Part shown: piece after piece, positions 25,950 to 33,292 of the stretch
Position numbering within the stretch: position 1 is the first letter of the stretch
Layout: each line of letters starts with the position of its first letter
IMG/VR virus record: IMGVR_UViG_3300020045_008887
Location: 1 to 45,162 of that record
Source of the DNA: a virus
Lineage: Duplodnaviria; Caudoviricetes
Reading direction: 5' to 3' (one strand)
Length of the DNA: 45,162 nucleotides
Notes under the pieces: model-generated
The model's database searches: none
What the model was told of the DNA's origin: nothing
The model's input: only the letters and a program-made list of their open reading frames with translations
Made by a program: the position numbers and the translations under genes

Positions 25950-26384
25950 TTACAAAGACATTTCGTTTAGTTTTGCTTCAAAATCTGTGAATCGCAAAAA
26001 ACCATAATCGCTGTTTATTTTTTTGATCATTTCTTTTTTTATTTTGTCAATGACTTTTTCGGGAGGCAGTGTAGAATAGCATTGCCCGAAAATACCGTTC
26101 GGGAAATACGTTTCTTTTGTTACTAAAGAGACGTTGATTTCGTCTAAATAATGGTAATAACTGTCCTTTCTGCTGCCTTCTTTCTGCCTGTCCAATAATG
26201 TTATCCAATCATTTGACAATGCTATTTTGTAAGGTGTCTGAAATACTATTTTTAAAACTTCAACCTGAATACCATCTTTCCGGGATGAAGTTGATAAGTG
26301 CTTCGAATCATCAGCCCTTACATTTACTTCAATATCGTAAATTATTTGGCCTATTTTGGTGTTTAATTTGAATTTTGGTTTCAT
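25950..26384 (-). CDS. Hypothetical protein
   Basis: 144 aa ORF. Confidence 0.6.
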   Translation of the reverse strand: MKPKFKLNTKIGQIIYDIEVNVRADDSKHLSTSSRKDGIQVEVLKIVFQTPYKIALSNDWITLLDRQKEGSRKDSYYHYLDEINVSLVTKETYFPNGIFGQCYSTLPPEKVIDKIKKEMIKKINSDYGFLRFTDFEAKLNEMSL

Positions 26385-26391
26385 TTAATGG

Positions 26392-26850
26392 TTATTTAAT
26401 TTTTTCTAATTTAATAAAAGGTTTGCTCATCTCACGGATTGCAGGGGTCATAATTTCGCCCGTTTGTTCGTTGACAACTCCCGGGGCAACCCCGCCATTT
26501 TCGAATTCAGAATTGACATTTAATGAGGCTTGCAATTGATAGATTTTTTTTGCTTGTTCTTCGATTGAGGATAACTTCGCTTTTTCGTCAACCCATTTTT
26601 CAATGTGATCAAATTTCCAAGTGGTTTTTTGTTGAACTTTAGCGCAATAACCACCGACGATTAACCCTTGTTTTTCAGGCTCACGGCTTACTTCATTTAT
26701 AACCGATTCGTTAATGTTGTCGATTGTTGTTTTTACGCATTCCGACAAACTTTTTAACTCAATAAAAGCTTTTAAGGGTGAAATTTCACCGTCCAAAACT
26801 TGTTGCTCGTATTCGCGCAACTCTTCGAAAATTCTACTGTTGATTCCCAT
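26392..26850 (-). CDS. Hypothetical recombination-module protein
   Basis: 152 aa, overlapping the SSAP gene; contains a VNEQTGEI motif. Confidence 0.6.
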   Translation of the reverse strand: MGINSRIFEELREYEQQVLDGEISPLKAFIELKSLSECVKTTIDNINESVINEVSREPEKQGLIVGGYCAKVQQKTTWKFDHIEKWVDEKAKLSSIEEQAKKIYQLQASLNVNSEFENGGVAPGVVNEQTGEIMTPAIREMSKPFIKLEKIK

Positions 26851-27547
26851 TTTTTTCGTTGTTAAATTTATCTTTCAATTCCTTCATTTTTTTGTCGAAC
26901 GACTGAACGCCTTTAAGGACTTTATACCTGCTATTATAAGCCTTTACCATGTCATCACCATTTGACCATGTTTCGCATTCAATTTCGAAATTTAAAAGTA
27001 TTTCGTCAAGCCTGCTGTTTTCTTCGTCCCAGTTTTTTAGGTTATCTTCAAATACTTTACTTGTATTAGTTGATGCTTTTTTAACCGGTTGTTTTGGCTC
27101 AACAGGTTGATCTTTGTACTTTGAACCCGTCCATGAGCCCATATAAATATCAGCGGCTACTCCAATTGCTTTCATTGCGACACTTAAGGCATCAGTAAGA
27201 GCCATTTTTATGGCTTCGTCACTTGTATACATCCCATTTTTTTCTTTTGCAACAAAAGACGAACCACCAGTTCCCGGAATTGCTTCGCTCCATTCTTCTT
27301 TTATCTTAACAAAAAGGTCGATGTCAACAAAGCAAGCTACTTGATTTTCGCTGCCCGATTCAAATCGTTTTTCTTTTATCACATATTTCCAGCCAAACCC
27401 ACATAAACCAAAGGTTTCGGTCATAATTTCAAACCTCCATTGCGGTTTAATGTCTGTCATTCCGCTTAACCTACCTCCTGTAATTTGTTTTAACGCGGCT
27501 GCTGGTGGCTGTTTTAATTTGTTGTAAATTTCCAGTTGATTCTCCAT
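26834..27547 (-). CDS. Rad52/Sak-like single-strand annealing protein
   Basis: TDIKPQWR...MTETFGLCGFGW and DEAIKMALTDAL..A...IGVAADIY. Confidence 0.8.
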   Translation of the reverse strand: MENQLEIYNKLKQPPAAALKQITGGRLSGMTDIKPQWRFEIMTETFGLCGFGWKYVIKEKRFESGSENQVACFVDIDLFVKIKEEWSEAIPGTGGSSFVAKEKNGMYTSDEAIKMALTDALSVAMKAIGVAADIYMGSWTGSKYKDQPVEPKQPVKKASTNTSKVFEDNLKNWDEENSRLDEILLNFEIECETWSNGDDMVKAYNSRYKVLKGVQSFDKKMKELKDKFNNEKNGNQQ

Positions 27548-27713
27548 ATATTTATATTTAAATTAATATTCGAATTTACTTATAATTACTTGAATAATAA
27601 ACATGTTTAAAAACAGAACCGGAGCGATTCAAGGTTGAAATTCCGGTCCTGTCACCCTCGCCGGTCAACTGCCGGGTAAGAACGTGTTTAGAGTCACAAT
27701 AAGACTGTAAAAA

Positions 27714-27896
27714 TTATTTAACCCTCCGTTTGAATATAAACAGGTAACTCGAATGTTCATTAGGATTTGTAAGCATTTTGCTTATTTCCAAATGAACCAA
27801 TTCCCATCCCGCTTTACCTTTTTCATTAAGGTAAACATCAAACTTATTAACTGTCAATTTATTAGCAGTCTCAACTGTCGTTTTGTATTCCCACAT
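27714..27896 (-). CDS. DUF4177-like small protein
   Basis: WEYKT...LNEKGKAGWELV...FIFKR. Confidence 0.7.
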   Translation of the reverse strand: MWEYKTTVETANKLTVNKFDVYLNEKGKAGWELVHLEISKMLTNPNEHSSYLFIFKRRVK

Positions 27897-27984
27897 AATT
27901 TTTATACGTTTAAAACGCTTAACTGTCGTTTTTATCGCTGATTATGAAATAGTTAATAAAAACGTGCGCTTATTTGGTAGTTAG
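27895..27984 (+). repeat. 90-bp repeat copy 2 (attI-like, no array follows)
   Basis: 86/90 identical to 12306-12395, ending at GTTAG (GTT at 27980). Confidence 0.7.
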
Positions 27985-28105
27985 CAAACAGCGTACAACT
28001 TCAAATTTCCATCTAATCATAGTATTATACCAATAATCGCTTCGTGAGCACGATATTATTTTGATAAACATGCCAAAGTTTTCTTTAAGTTCGTTCATCT
28101 TTTCA

Positions 28106-28309
28106 CTAATTAAGCGCATTATTAAACATAATGTTCATTTCCCTGATCGTTTTTTCGATCGCAGCCAAATGCTTGCTGTTAAATTTTCGGCCTAGCTTGA
28201 TCCGGCTTAAAAGCACTGGATCGATCCCGGCATGTTCACAAAATGCTTTTTGGCTTATGATTTTCCCAATGTCAGAATTGAGTAAATCGGTTAGTTGTTC
28301 TTCTGTCAT
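28106..28309 (-). CDS. Small Cro/XRE-like HTH protein
   Basis: ISQKAFCEHAGIDPVLLSRIKLG. Confidence 0.65.
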   Translation of the reverse strand: MTEEQLTDLLNSDIGKIISQKAFCEHAGIDPVLLSRIKLGRKFNSKHLAAIEKTIREMNIMFNNALN

Positions 28310-28397
28310 GATTAACGATTTTGGTTAGTGTACTTTGCTTTTCTGGCTTTGTCGATGTCGAATTTGCCTGGTTTTGTCTTTTTCGTTTTCATTTTAG

Positions 28398-28742
28398 TTA
28401 TATTTTATTGATTAATTCTATCATTTCTTCAGCATATTCAATATTATTTGTGCGGGTATGTTCATTATATGAATGCACCCATCTATATTGTGGATGAAAT
28501 TTACTAAAACAAGTACACCCATTTTGCCTAATTGGGCATCCTGGACAATCATCATACCCTTTGCAAAATTCATCACAAAATGGTTCAATTTCTTTTTCTT
28601 CAATATTATCGTACATCCATTCAGGATGCTCTATTTTTTTTATAAATTCAGGATGTTTTTCTAAAAACCCAAATTCACTACCATTATTTACGATATATTC
28701 CCATTTTAATAGGGTTAGCCGTTTTGCTTCATTTATATCCAT
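28398..28742 (-). CDS. Hypothetical Cys-rich protein
   Basis: FCDEFC....CPGCPI....TC. Confidence 0.6.
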   Translation of the reverse strand: MDINEAKRLTLLKWEYIVNNGSEFGFLEKHPEFIKKIEHPEWMYDNIEEKEIEPFCDEFCKGYDDCPGCPIRQNGCTCFSKFHPQYRWVHSYNEHTRTNNIEYAEEMIELINKI

Positions 28743-28743
28743 C

Positions 28744-28926
28744 TTAATTGTATTTTAAAGTGAATTTACTACCCATTTTAACTAGATCAGCCCCGCAAGC
28801 TTGCTTCATCCCATCAATCATATCCTGCTCGGTTATTTTAAGTGACAATTTTTCCAGGTCGGATTCGTTCAAATCAATTGGGAATTGTCTCCAGATGATT
28901 TCTATTATTTCGGATTTCGAATACAT
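28744..28926 (-). CDS. Hypothetical protein
   Basis: 60 aa ORF. Confidence 0.5.
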   Translation of the reverse strand: MYSKSEIIEIIWRQFPIDLNESDLEKLSLKITEQDMIDGMKQACGADLVKMGSKFTLKYN

Positions 28927-28937
28927 ATCTTTAGTTT

Positions 28938-29090
28938 TTAAGATTGTTCTATTTCTTTTAATACTGCTTCAATTTTTACCTGTGCTGATTTATTTCCTAA
29001 GTGGTTTGATTCAAATTCATCTATCAAGTTCCACAATTGGTCTTTTTCTTCTGAAGATAACCAATTTAACATTAATTCAAAGTTGTTCAT
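28938..29090 (-). CDS. 50-aa protein, paralog of 18117-18266
   Basis: Translated by hand: MNNFELMLNWLSSEEKDQLWNLIDEF... Confidence 0.6.
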   Translation of the reverse strand: MNNFELMLNWLSSEEKDQLWNLIDEFESNHLGNKSAQVKIEAVLKEIEQS

Positions 29091-29168
29091 AGTTGTATTT
29101 TTAAGGTTTGTTTACATCCCCCGAAGGGGATGGCTCACAATTTTTCCCGGACTGGCCACCGGCAACCA

Positions 29169-29354
29169 TTACATGTAATTTTCATAAAAAGTATCAATTT
29201 CTACTTTTTCTATTTTTGTAACCCCCCAAGTGTTTAAAATGGTTACATACTTGCGACCAATAGTTTTGATGTAGATTCCAGCGCTTACTTGATTTTCAGG
29301 TATTGCACTGTACTTTTCTTTAATCTCTGTTGATTTTTCTTTTAAAGTTTTCAT
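29169..29354 (-). CDS. Hypothetical protein
   Basis: Likely start is MKTL at 29354; the upstream in-frame extension is the repeated promoter/leader. Confidence 0.6.
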   Translation of the reverse strand: MKTLKEKSTEIKEKYSAIPENQVSAGIYIKTIGRKYVTILNTWGVTKIEKVEIDTFYENYM

Positions 29355-29648
29355 AGTTGTATTTTTTTTAATTGTTTGATGAAGTAAAGATAATACTTTA
29401 TTTTGAATTGGCAATTATATTAACCAAATATTTTATGTGTTATAAAACATATTATTTGGTGGGCAAATTGCATATATGCAAATAAATATACATATGTGAA
29501 AATAAAATACCGCCCCGGGTGCGCATCTTTGAGAGGCGTGGGCGGTAACTTTAGTTAATACTATGCACCTTCCTGCGGATAACCTTAATTTAACCTTGTT
29601 ATTTCAGGTTAACCCCGTCGGTATTTCTGGCGCTTCAACGGTATTTTG

Positions 29649-29722
29649 AGCCATCGGCAGGAATTGAACCCGCGACCCGCTGATTACAGATCAGCCGCTC
29701 TGGCCTACTGAGCTACAATGGC
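29649..29722 (-). tRNA. tRNA-Thr(TGT)
   Basis: GCCATTG/CGATGGC acceptor stem, GCTGA-TCTGTAA-TCAGC anticodon arm, GGTTCAATTCC T loop; CCA is not encoded. Confidence 0.85.
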
Positions 29723-29904
29723 AAATTAACTTGTTCATCAATATAATCAGACACTAAATTTAATGCTTTTTCTAAAGCAATTACGGCATCTGTCAATTTA
29801 ACGTCTGCACCTAATTTTTCAACTTCATAAATAGCTATCCCTATCGCTAATTCAGCAGGTAATTGGCTATCTAACTTAATCCTTCGTGGCATTTCGTTTA
29901 ACAT
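29713..29904 (-). CDS. Hypothetical protein
   Basis: 63 aa (PAELAI..A..EVEKLGADVKLTDAV); its stop codon lies within the tRNA 5' end. Confidence 0.6.
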   Translation of the reverse strand: MLNEMPRRIKLDSQLPAELAIGIAIYEVEKLGADVKLTDAVIALEKALNLVSDYIDEQVNLPL

Positions 29905-30063
29905 ATTGATATATTTTTAGCAAATGTAATAAAAAAACCGGAAACTTTTGGCAAAATTTCCGGCTGCCTGGTCAAATGATTTTCCGACATCATTCGTTAA
30001 CGTGGTAAATATAATCAAATATAGATATTTATTTGATAAGTACAAATATATGAGCATAAAAAA

Positions 30064-30087
30064 AGCCCCGGTCGTTAAACCAGGGCT
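30064..30087 (-). terminator. Terminator of the lysis operon
   Basis: AGCCCCGG...CAGGGCT stem followed by a T-tract on the minus strand. Confidence 0.6.
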
Positions 30088-30129
30088 CAAAATTAAACCT
30101 AAAAATATATGAAACCTATGAAAAAAGTA

Positions 30130-30423
30130 TTATTCGTGATTGATTTTATACTTCCCACCACCTTTTTTATTGTCAGGTATCAAGCTGACAGCCCAGGTTA
30201 GCAACCTCATAACAACATCGGCATTTTTTGTTGGGATCAAACGATATAAAATATAACATAATATGCCGCTAATTAACGGCCAGTTGTCGGAAATAAACCC
30301 AAAGATAGAATCAAATACCGAACCTGATTGGTTGACTACGGTTGTATCTTGCCCGAATGCCGGGGCTGCCATAACCAACAAAGCAACCATTATAAATAAT
30401 GCCCAATTTTTAAAGTTTTTCAT
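30130..30423 (-). CDS. Lysis-module membrane protein (holin-like)
   Basis: Signal-like N-terminus, a TM helix and a basic C-terminus. Confidence 0.5.
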   Translation of the reverse strand: MKNFKNWALFIMVALLVMAAPAFGQDTTVVNQSGSVFDSIFGFISDNWPLISGILCYILYRLIPTKNADVVMRLLTWAVSLIPDNKKGGGKYKINHE

Positions 30424-30659
30424 TTCGCTTGTTTTTTTAGTTTATTAAAAATCCTCCCAAATATACGTTTTTTTTCGATATATGGCGTTTTTTCTTTAGC
30501 AAATAAATCAATCATAGTCCCGGGACTATCTTTGATTACTTGTTTTCGCAATGATACATTTGTCACCTGATCGGGCGTATTGCCAATTTTGGCCACGTAT
30601 GATCCCAGAATTGCACCTAATATTATCCCGATTATCAACCCGATTAAAAAAGCTGTCAT
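30420..30659 (-). CDS. Lysis-module membrane protein
   Basis: N-terminal TM helix; 4-nt overlaps on both sides. Confidence 0.5.
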   Translation of the reverse strand: MTAFLIGLIIGIILGAILGSYVAKIGNTPDQVTNVSLRKQVIKDSPGTMIDLFAKEKTPYIEKKRIFGRIFNKLKKQAK

Positions 30660-31126
30660 TTGTCCGCGTCTTTAATATTATACCAAACTTCCTCGCCATT
30701 TTCCAAAAGAGGGTAAACTTTATCATAAAATAACTTCATACAATCGGCTGCTGGTGGCACATCTGATCTGTATTCGCCATCAATAATTTTAACTTCAGTT
30801 GTAAATCCTTGACAACCTTCTGTATATTGTTCGCTCGTGACTATATGAAAATAAACGCCTGTAAAATTAGGAACATTCAATACTTCAATATGATAATCAA
30901 ACCAACTACTATACCAATTGCTCGCACGATGTTTTAACGTCAAAGGTGTATCTTCTTTTCTGATCCCTAACCGATAGCGACCGGCTGGAATCCTGGTTTC
31001 ACCTTTTATTTTAAATACTCTTGGTTCGTCCTCAATGCTAAAAGCAAATGGGTTTTCGTTGTCAAAACTTATTAATCCAAGGGTTGATTTATTTGTGTGC
31101 GAAATTCGTTGATTAGTTATTTCCAT
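30656..31126 (-). CDS. DUF5675-like protein, candidate endolysin
   Basis: STLG.....F..ED..R..KI.GETRIPAGRY, NVPNFTGVYFH and TEGC motifs; flanked by membrane genes. Confidence 0.7.
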   Translation of the reverse strand: MEITNQRISHTNKSTLGLISFDNENPFAFSIEDEPRVFKIKGETRIPAGRYRLGIRKEDTPLTLKHRASNWYSSWFDYHIEVLNVPNFTGVYFHIVTSEQYTEGCQGFTTEVKIIDGEYRSDVPPAADCMKLFYDKVYPLLENGEEVWYNIKDADK

Positions 31127-31132
31127 AATTAA

Positions 31133-31384
31133 TTATTTACCCATTAATTTATCCTTAATAATATTTAGATCGCTTTGGATTTGAGCGTATTGCATGCTTA
31201 TTTCCTTATGTACTTTTTCGTGATCAATAATCGCCTTATCGGTGTACGATTTAGCACTTTGTAAAGTTGTTTCAATGTCTTTTTTTGAAGCAGTATCATT
31301 GATTTTGCTTGCGACATAAACAATTATAGCTACCGCTATTGCGGCGATTACCGTAATTAAAACGGCCTGGAGGATCGGGTGCAT
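31133..31384 (-). CDS. Holin-like protein (TM plus coiled coil)
   Basis: Likely start MHPILQ; a single TM helix; directly upstream of the endolysin candidate. Confidence 0.5.
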   Translation of the reverse strand: MHPILQAVLITVIAAIAVAIIVYVASKINDTASKKDIETTLQSAKSYTDKAIIDHEKVHKEISMQYAQIQSDLNIIKDKLMGK

Positions 31385-31731
31385 GATTGATAAAGTTTTA
31401 TGGCCCCAAAACACAATAACGCTACCGACCAAATGGATAGTATAGTGTTGATTTCAAAGCTATTAATTGAATTAATGAATTTTTCGTATGATTCATTTAT
31501 ACATCCCCACATAAATCCAAGCCTGATAAAAAAAGTTAAAGATATTGCTATCCTTAAAAAAGCATAGGCATTTTTTTTGAACTGAAGTAATGGAAGGATG
31601 GTTAATGTTAAATATAAAAATGTGAATATAAATAATGACCAATGGGTAGATTTAGCTCCCCATTGTTCGTAAATTATCCACGCAAAAGATAAAATAGATA
31701 ATATTATTATATCTCTATTTTCTTTTTTCAT
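31357..31731 (-). CDS. Multi-pass membrane protein
   Basis: About four hydrophobic segments. Confidence 0.55.
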   Translation of the reverse strand: MKKENRDIIILSILSFAWIIYEQWGAKSTHWSLFIFTFLYLTLTILPLLQFKKNAYAFLRIAISLTFFIRLGFMWGCINESYEKFINSINSFEINTILSIWSVALLCFGAIKLYQSCTRSSRPF

Positions 31732-31733
31732 CC

Positions 31734-31877
31734 CTATGGTTTTTTTGTGGGGATTTCAGGTTGACCAGGAATGGTTGTTGTGGTTACAATTTCGTCGCTG
31801 GTTACGGTTTCCGTAGTTGCTACTGATGAGTAATCATTCTCATCTTGCCCGGTCATTAAATCATCGTCTTCGCCCAT
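31734..31877 (-). CDS. 47-aa acidic, Thr-rich peptide
   Basis: Translated by hand: MGEDDDLMTGQDENDYSSVATTETV...PTKKP; follows the promoter at 31898-31905. Confidence 0.45.
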   Translation of the reverse strand: MGEDDDLMTGQDENDYSSVATTETVTSDEIVTTTTIPGQPEIPTKKP

Positions 31878-31910
31878 AATTGTAAATTTTAATTAAGCAA
31901 ATTTAGCAAA

Positions 31911-32249
31911 TTAAATCCTATGCACACATTTTTTATAACGATTTTTGTATTTATGGTCACGAACGGCATCAATTATGGTATAAGTTAAAAAAAGAGTAGC
32001 CGCTCCTGATATAGCAACCAGCATTTGCTGGCCTTCAGTCATGTTCGTGCATACATAGCGATTGACAAGAAAAGTACCACCGACGGCCACTATTCCGATA
32101 TACACCTTCGGGTCTTCTAAGGTTGACGGTGTTTTCTGAGTTAAGTTATAACTTACCAATTTGGTTTGTTTTTGTTTGTATTCTTTTGAATACTGCCCAA
32201 ATGAGTTAAAATAAATCAGGCATAATAAGATAAATAGTGATTTTTTCAT
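31911..32249 (-). CDS. Membrane protein with a signal peptide
   Basis: MKKSLFILLCLIYFNSFG-Q followed by two TM segments. Confidence 0.6.
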   Translation of the reverse strand: MKKSLFILLCLIYFNSFGQYSKEYKQKQTKLVSYNLTQKTPSTLEDPKVYIGIVAVGGTFLVNRYVCTNMTEGQQMLVAISGAATLFLTYTIIDAVRDHKYKNRYKKCVHRI

Positions 32250-32252
32250 AGT

Positions 32253-32525
32253 TTATTTGTTTAATATTTCAATTGCTTCATCTAAAAATTGATCAAAATG
32301 TTCCTTAGTGGTTAAATTACATAAGTCATGCTCGGATATTGTGTTTATCGCAGAATAATCAATTTCAAAACCAAAAAGATTATGTTTTACTGTTATTCTA
32401 TACTTTTCATCAACTTTAACCAATTCATCCATGCTATCTTCGTCTTGAAAATTCAAATAAATAGGATATTCCAATCCAGATTCAAAATAAGTTGTTATTG
32501 TTTTTCTTATAATTACCTTTGACAT
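32253..32525 (-). CDS. Hypothetical protein
   Basis: 90 aa ORF. Confidence 0.55.
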   Translation of the reverse strand: MSKVIIRKTITTYFESGLEYPIYLNFQDEDSMDELVKVDEKYRITVKHNLFGFEIDYSAINTISEHDLCNLTTKEHFDQFLDEAIEILNK

Positions 32526-32586
32526 ATCGTTTAAATTTTAACCAAAATTACTAATTTAAACAATATGAAAAATGTGTTTAATAGCA

Positions 32587-33291
32587 TCATTCATAAGTAG
32601 GGTCGTTGTCGTAATAACACCACGCACCAGTTGTTAATCCAGCCCACGTTGCATTGTCGGTAACTTCTGGGATTGCATCACCATTGTTCAGGTGCTTGCA
32701 TTTCCAATTTGATGCCGTCCAATATTGAGTGCCTATCAAAACGACTGAATATACGTTCCCATCGTAATCGGTTACTGTTGTCGGTGTTCCTAATCCTGTG
32801 TATATTAGTCGAACAGACGTGCCTGATTTTAACACTGATGTGAATTCAACACATTGTGCATTGAAATAGGTAGGTTTTCTGACATAATATGTAGATCCTG
32901 ACAAATTGTTTATAAATAAATGCAAATACTCTTTTAATTGTGAAAAAGTTCCATTTTCATCTCTAATCCCAGATCCTAAAGCATTAAATTGACTTGAATT
33001 GTCAGCTCCTGAATTTGGAGTATTCCAGTGATTCAGCCCCGATTCTTTCATCTTGCCTCCGGCAATAGAAGATCCACCTAATTCAGCTATTAACGCATCG
33101 TAATCTGCCCTCTCGGGTACTTTCCAATCTGTAGGCGCAAAATTAGCATCGCTAGCAGCATACCAATTATATAATAATCCATATCCTAATGTTTCCGAAT
33201 CATCAGTAAATTGATTATGCCCATAAAACATTTGCCCACTCGATATTAGCGAGGCAAAGACAACCAAAAATATTAAAATTACCTTTCTCAT
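32587..33291 (-). CDS. FISUMP (Fibrobacter succinogenes major paralogous) domain protein, circularly permuted
   Basis: YGLLYNWYAA, W.VP, AGGKMKESG..HW..PN, SVRL and TDYDGNVY..V.IGTQYW; signal peptide from MRKV at 33291. Confidence 0.85.
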   Translation of the reverse strand: MRKVILIFLVVFASLISSGQMFYGHNQFTDDSETLGYGLLYNWYAASDANFAPTDWKVPERADYDALIAELGGSSIAGGKMKESGLNHWNTPNSGADNSSQFNALGSGIRDENGTFSQLKEYLHLFINNLSGSTYYVRKPTYFNAQCVEFTSVLKSGTSVRLIYTGLGTPTTVTDYDGNVYSVVLIGTQYWTASNWKCKHLNNGDAIPEVTDNATWAGLTTGAWCYYDNDPTYE

Positions 33292-33292
33292 A

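Noticed and set aside
32587-33291. Diversity-generating retroelement targeting the FISUMP gene
   Set aside because: No reverse transcriptase and no template repeat differing at adenines was found in the window.
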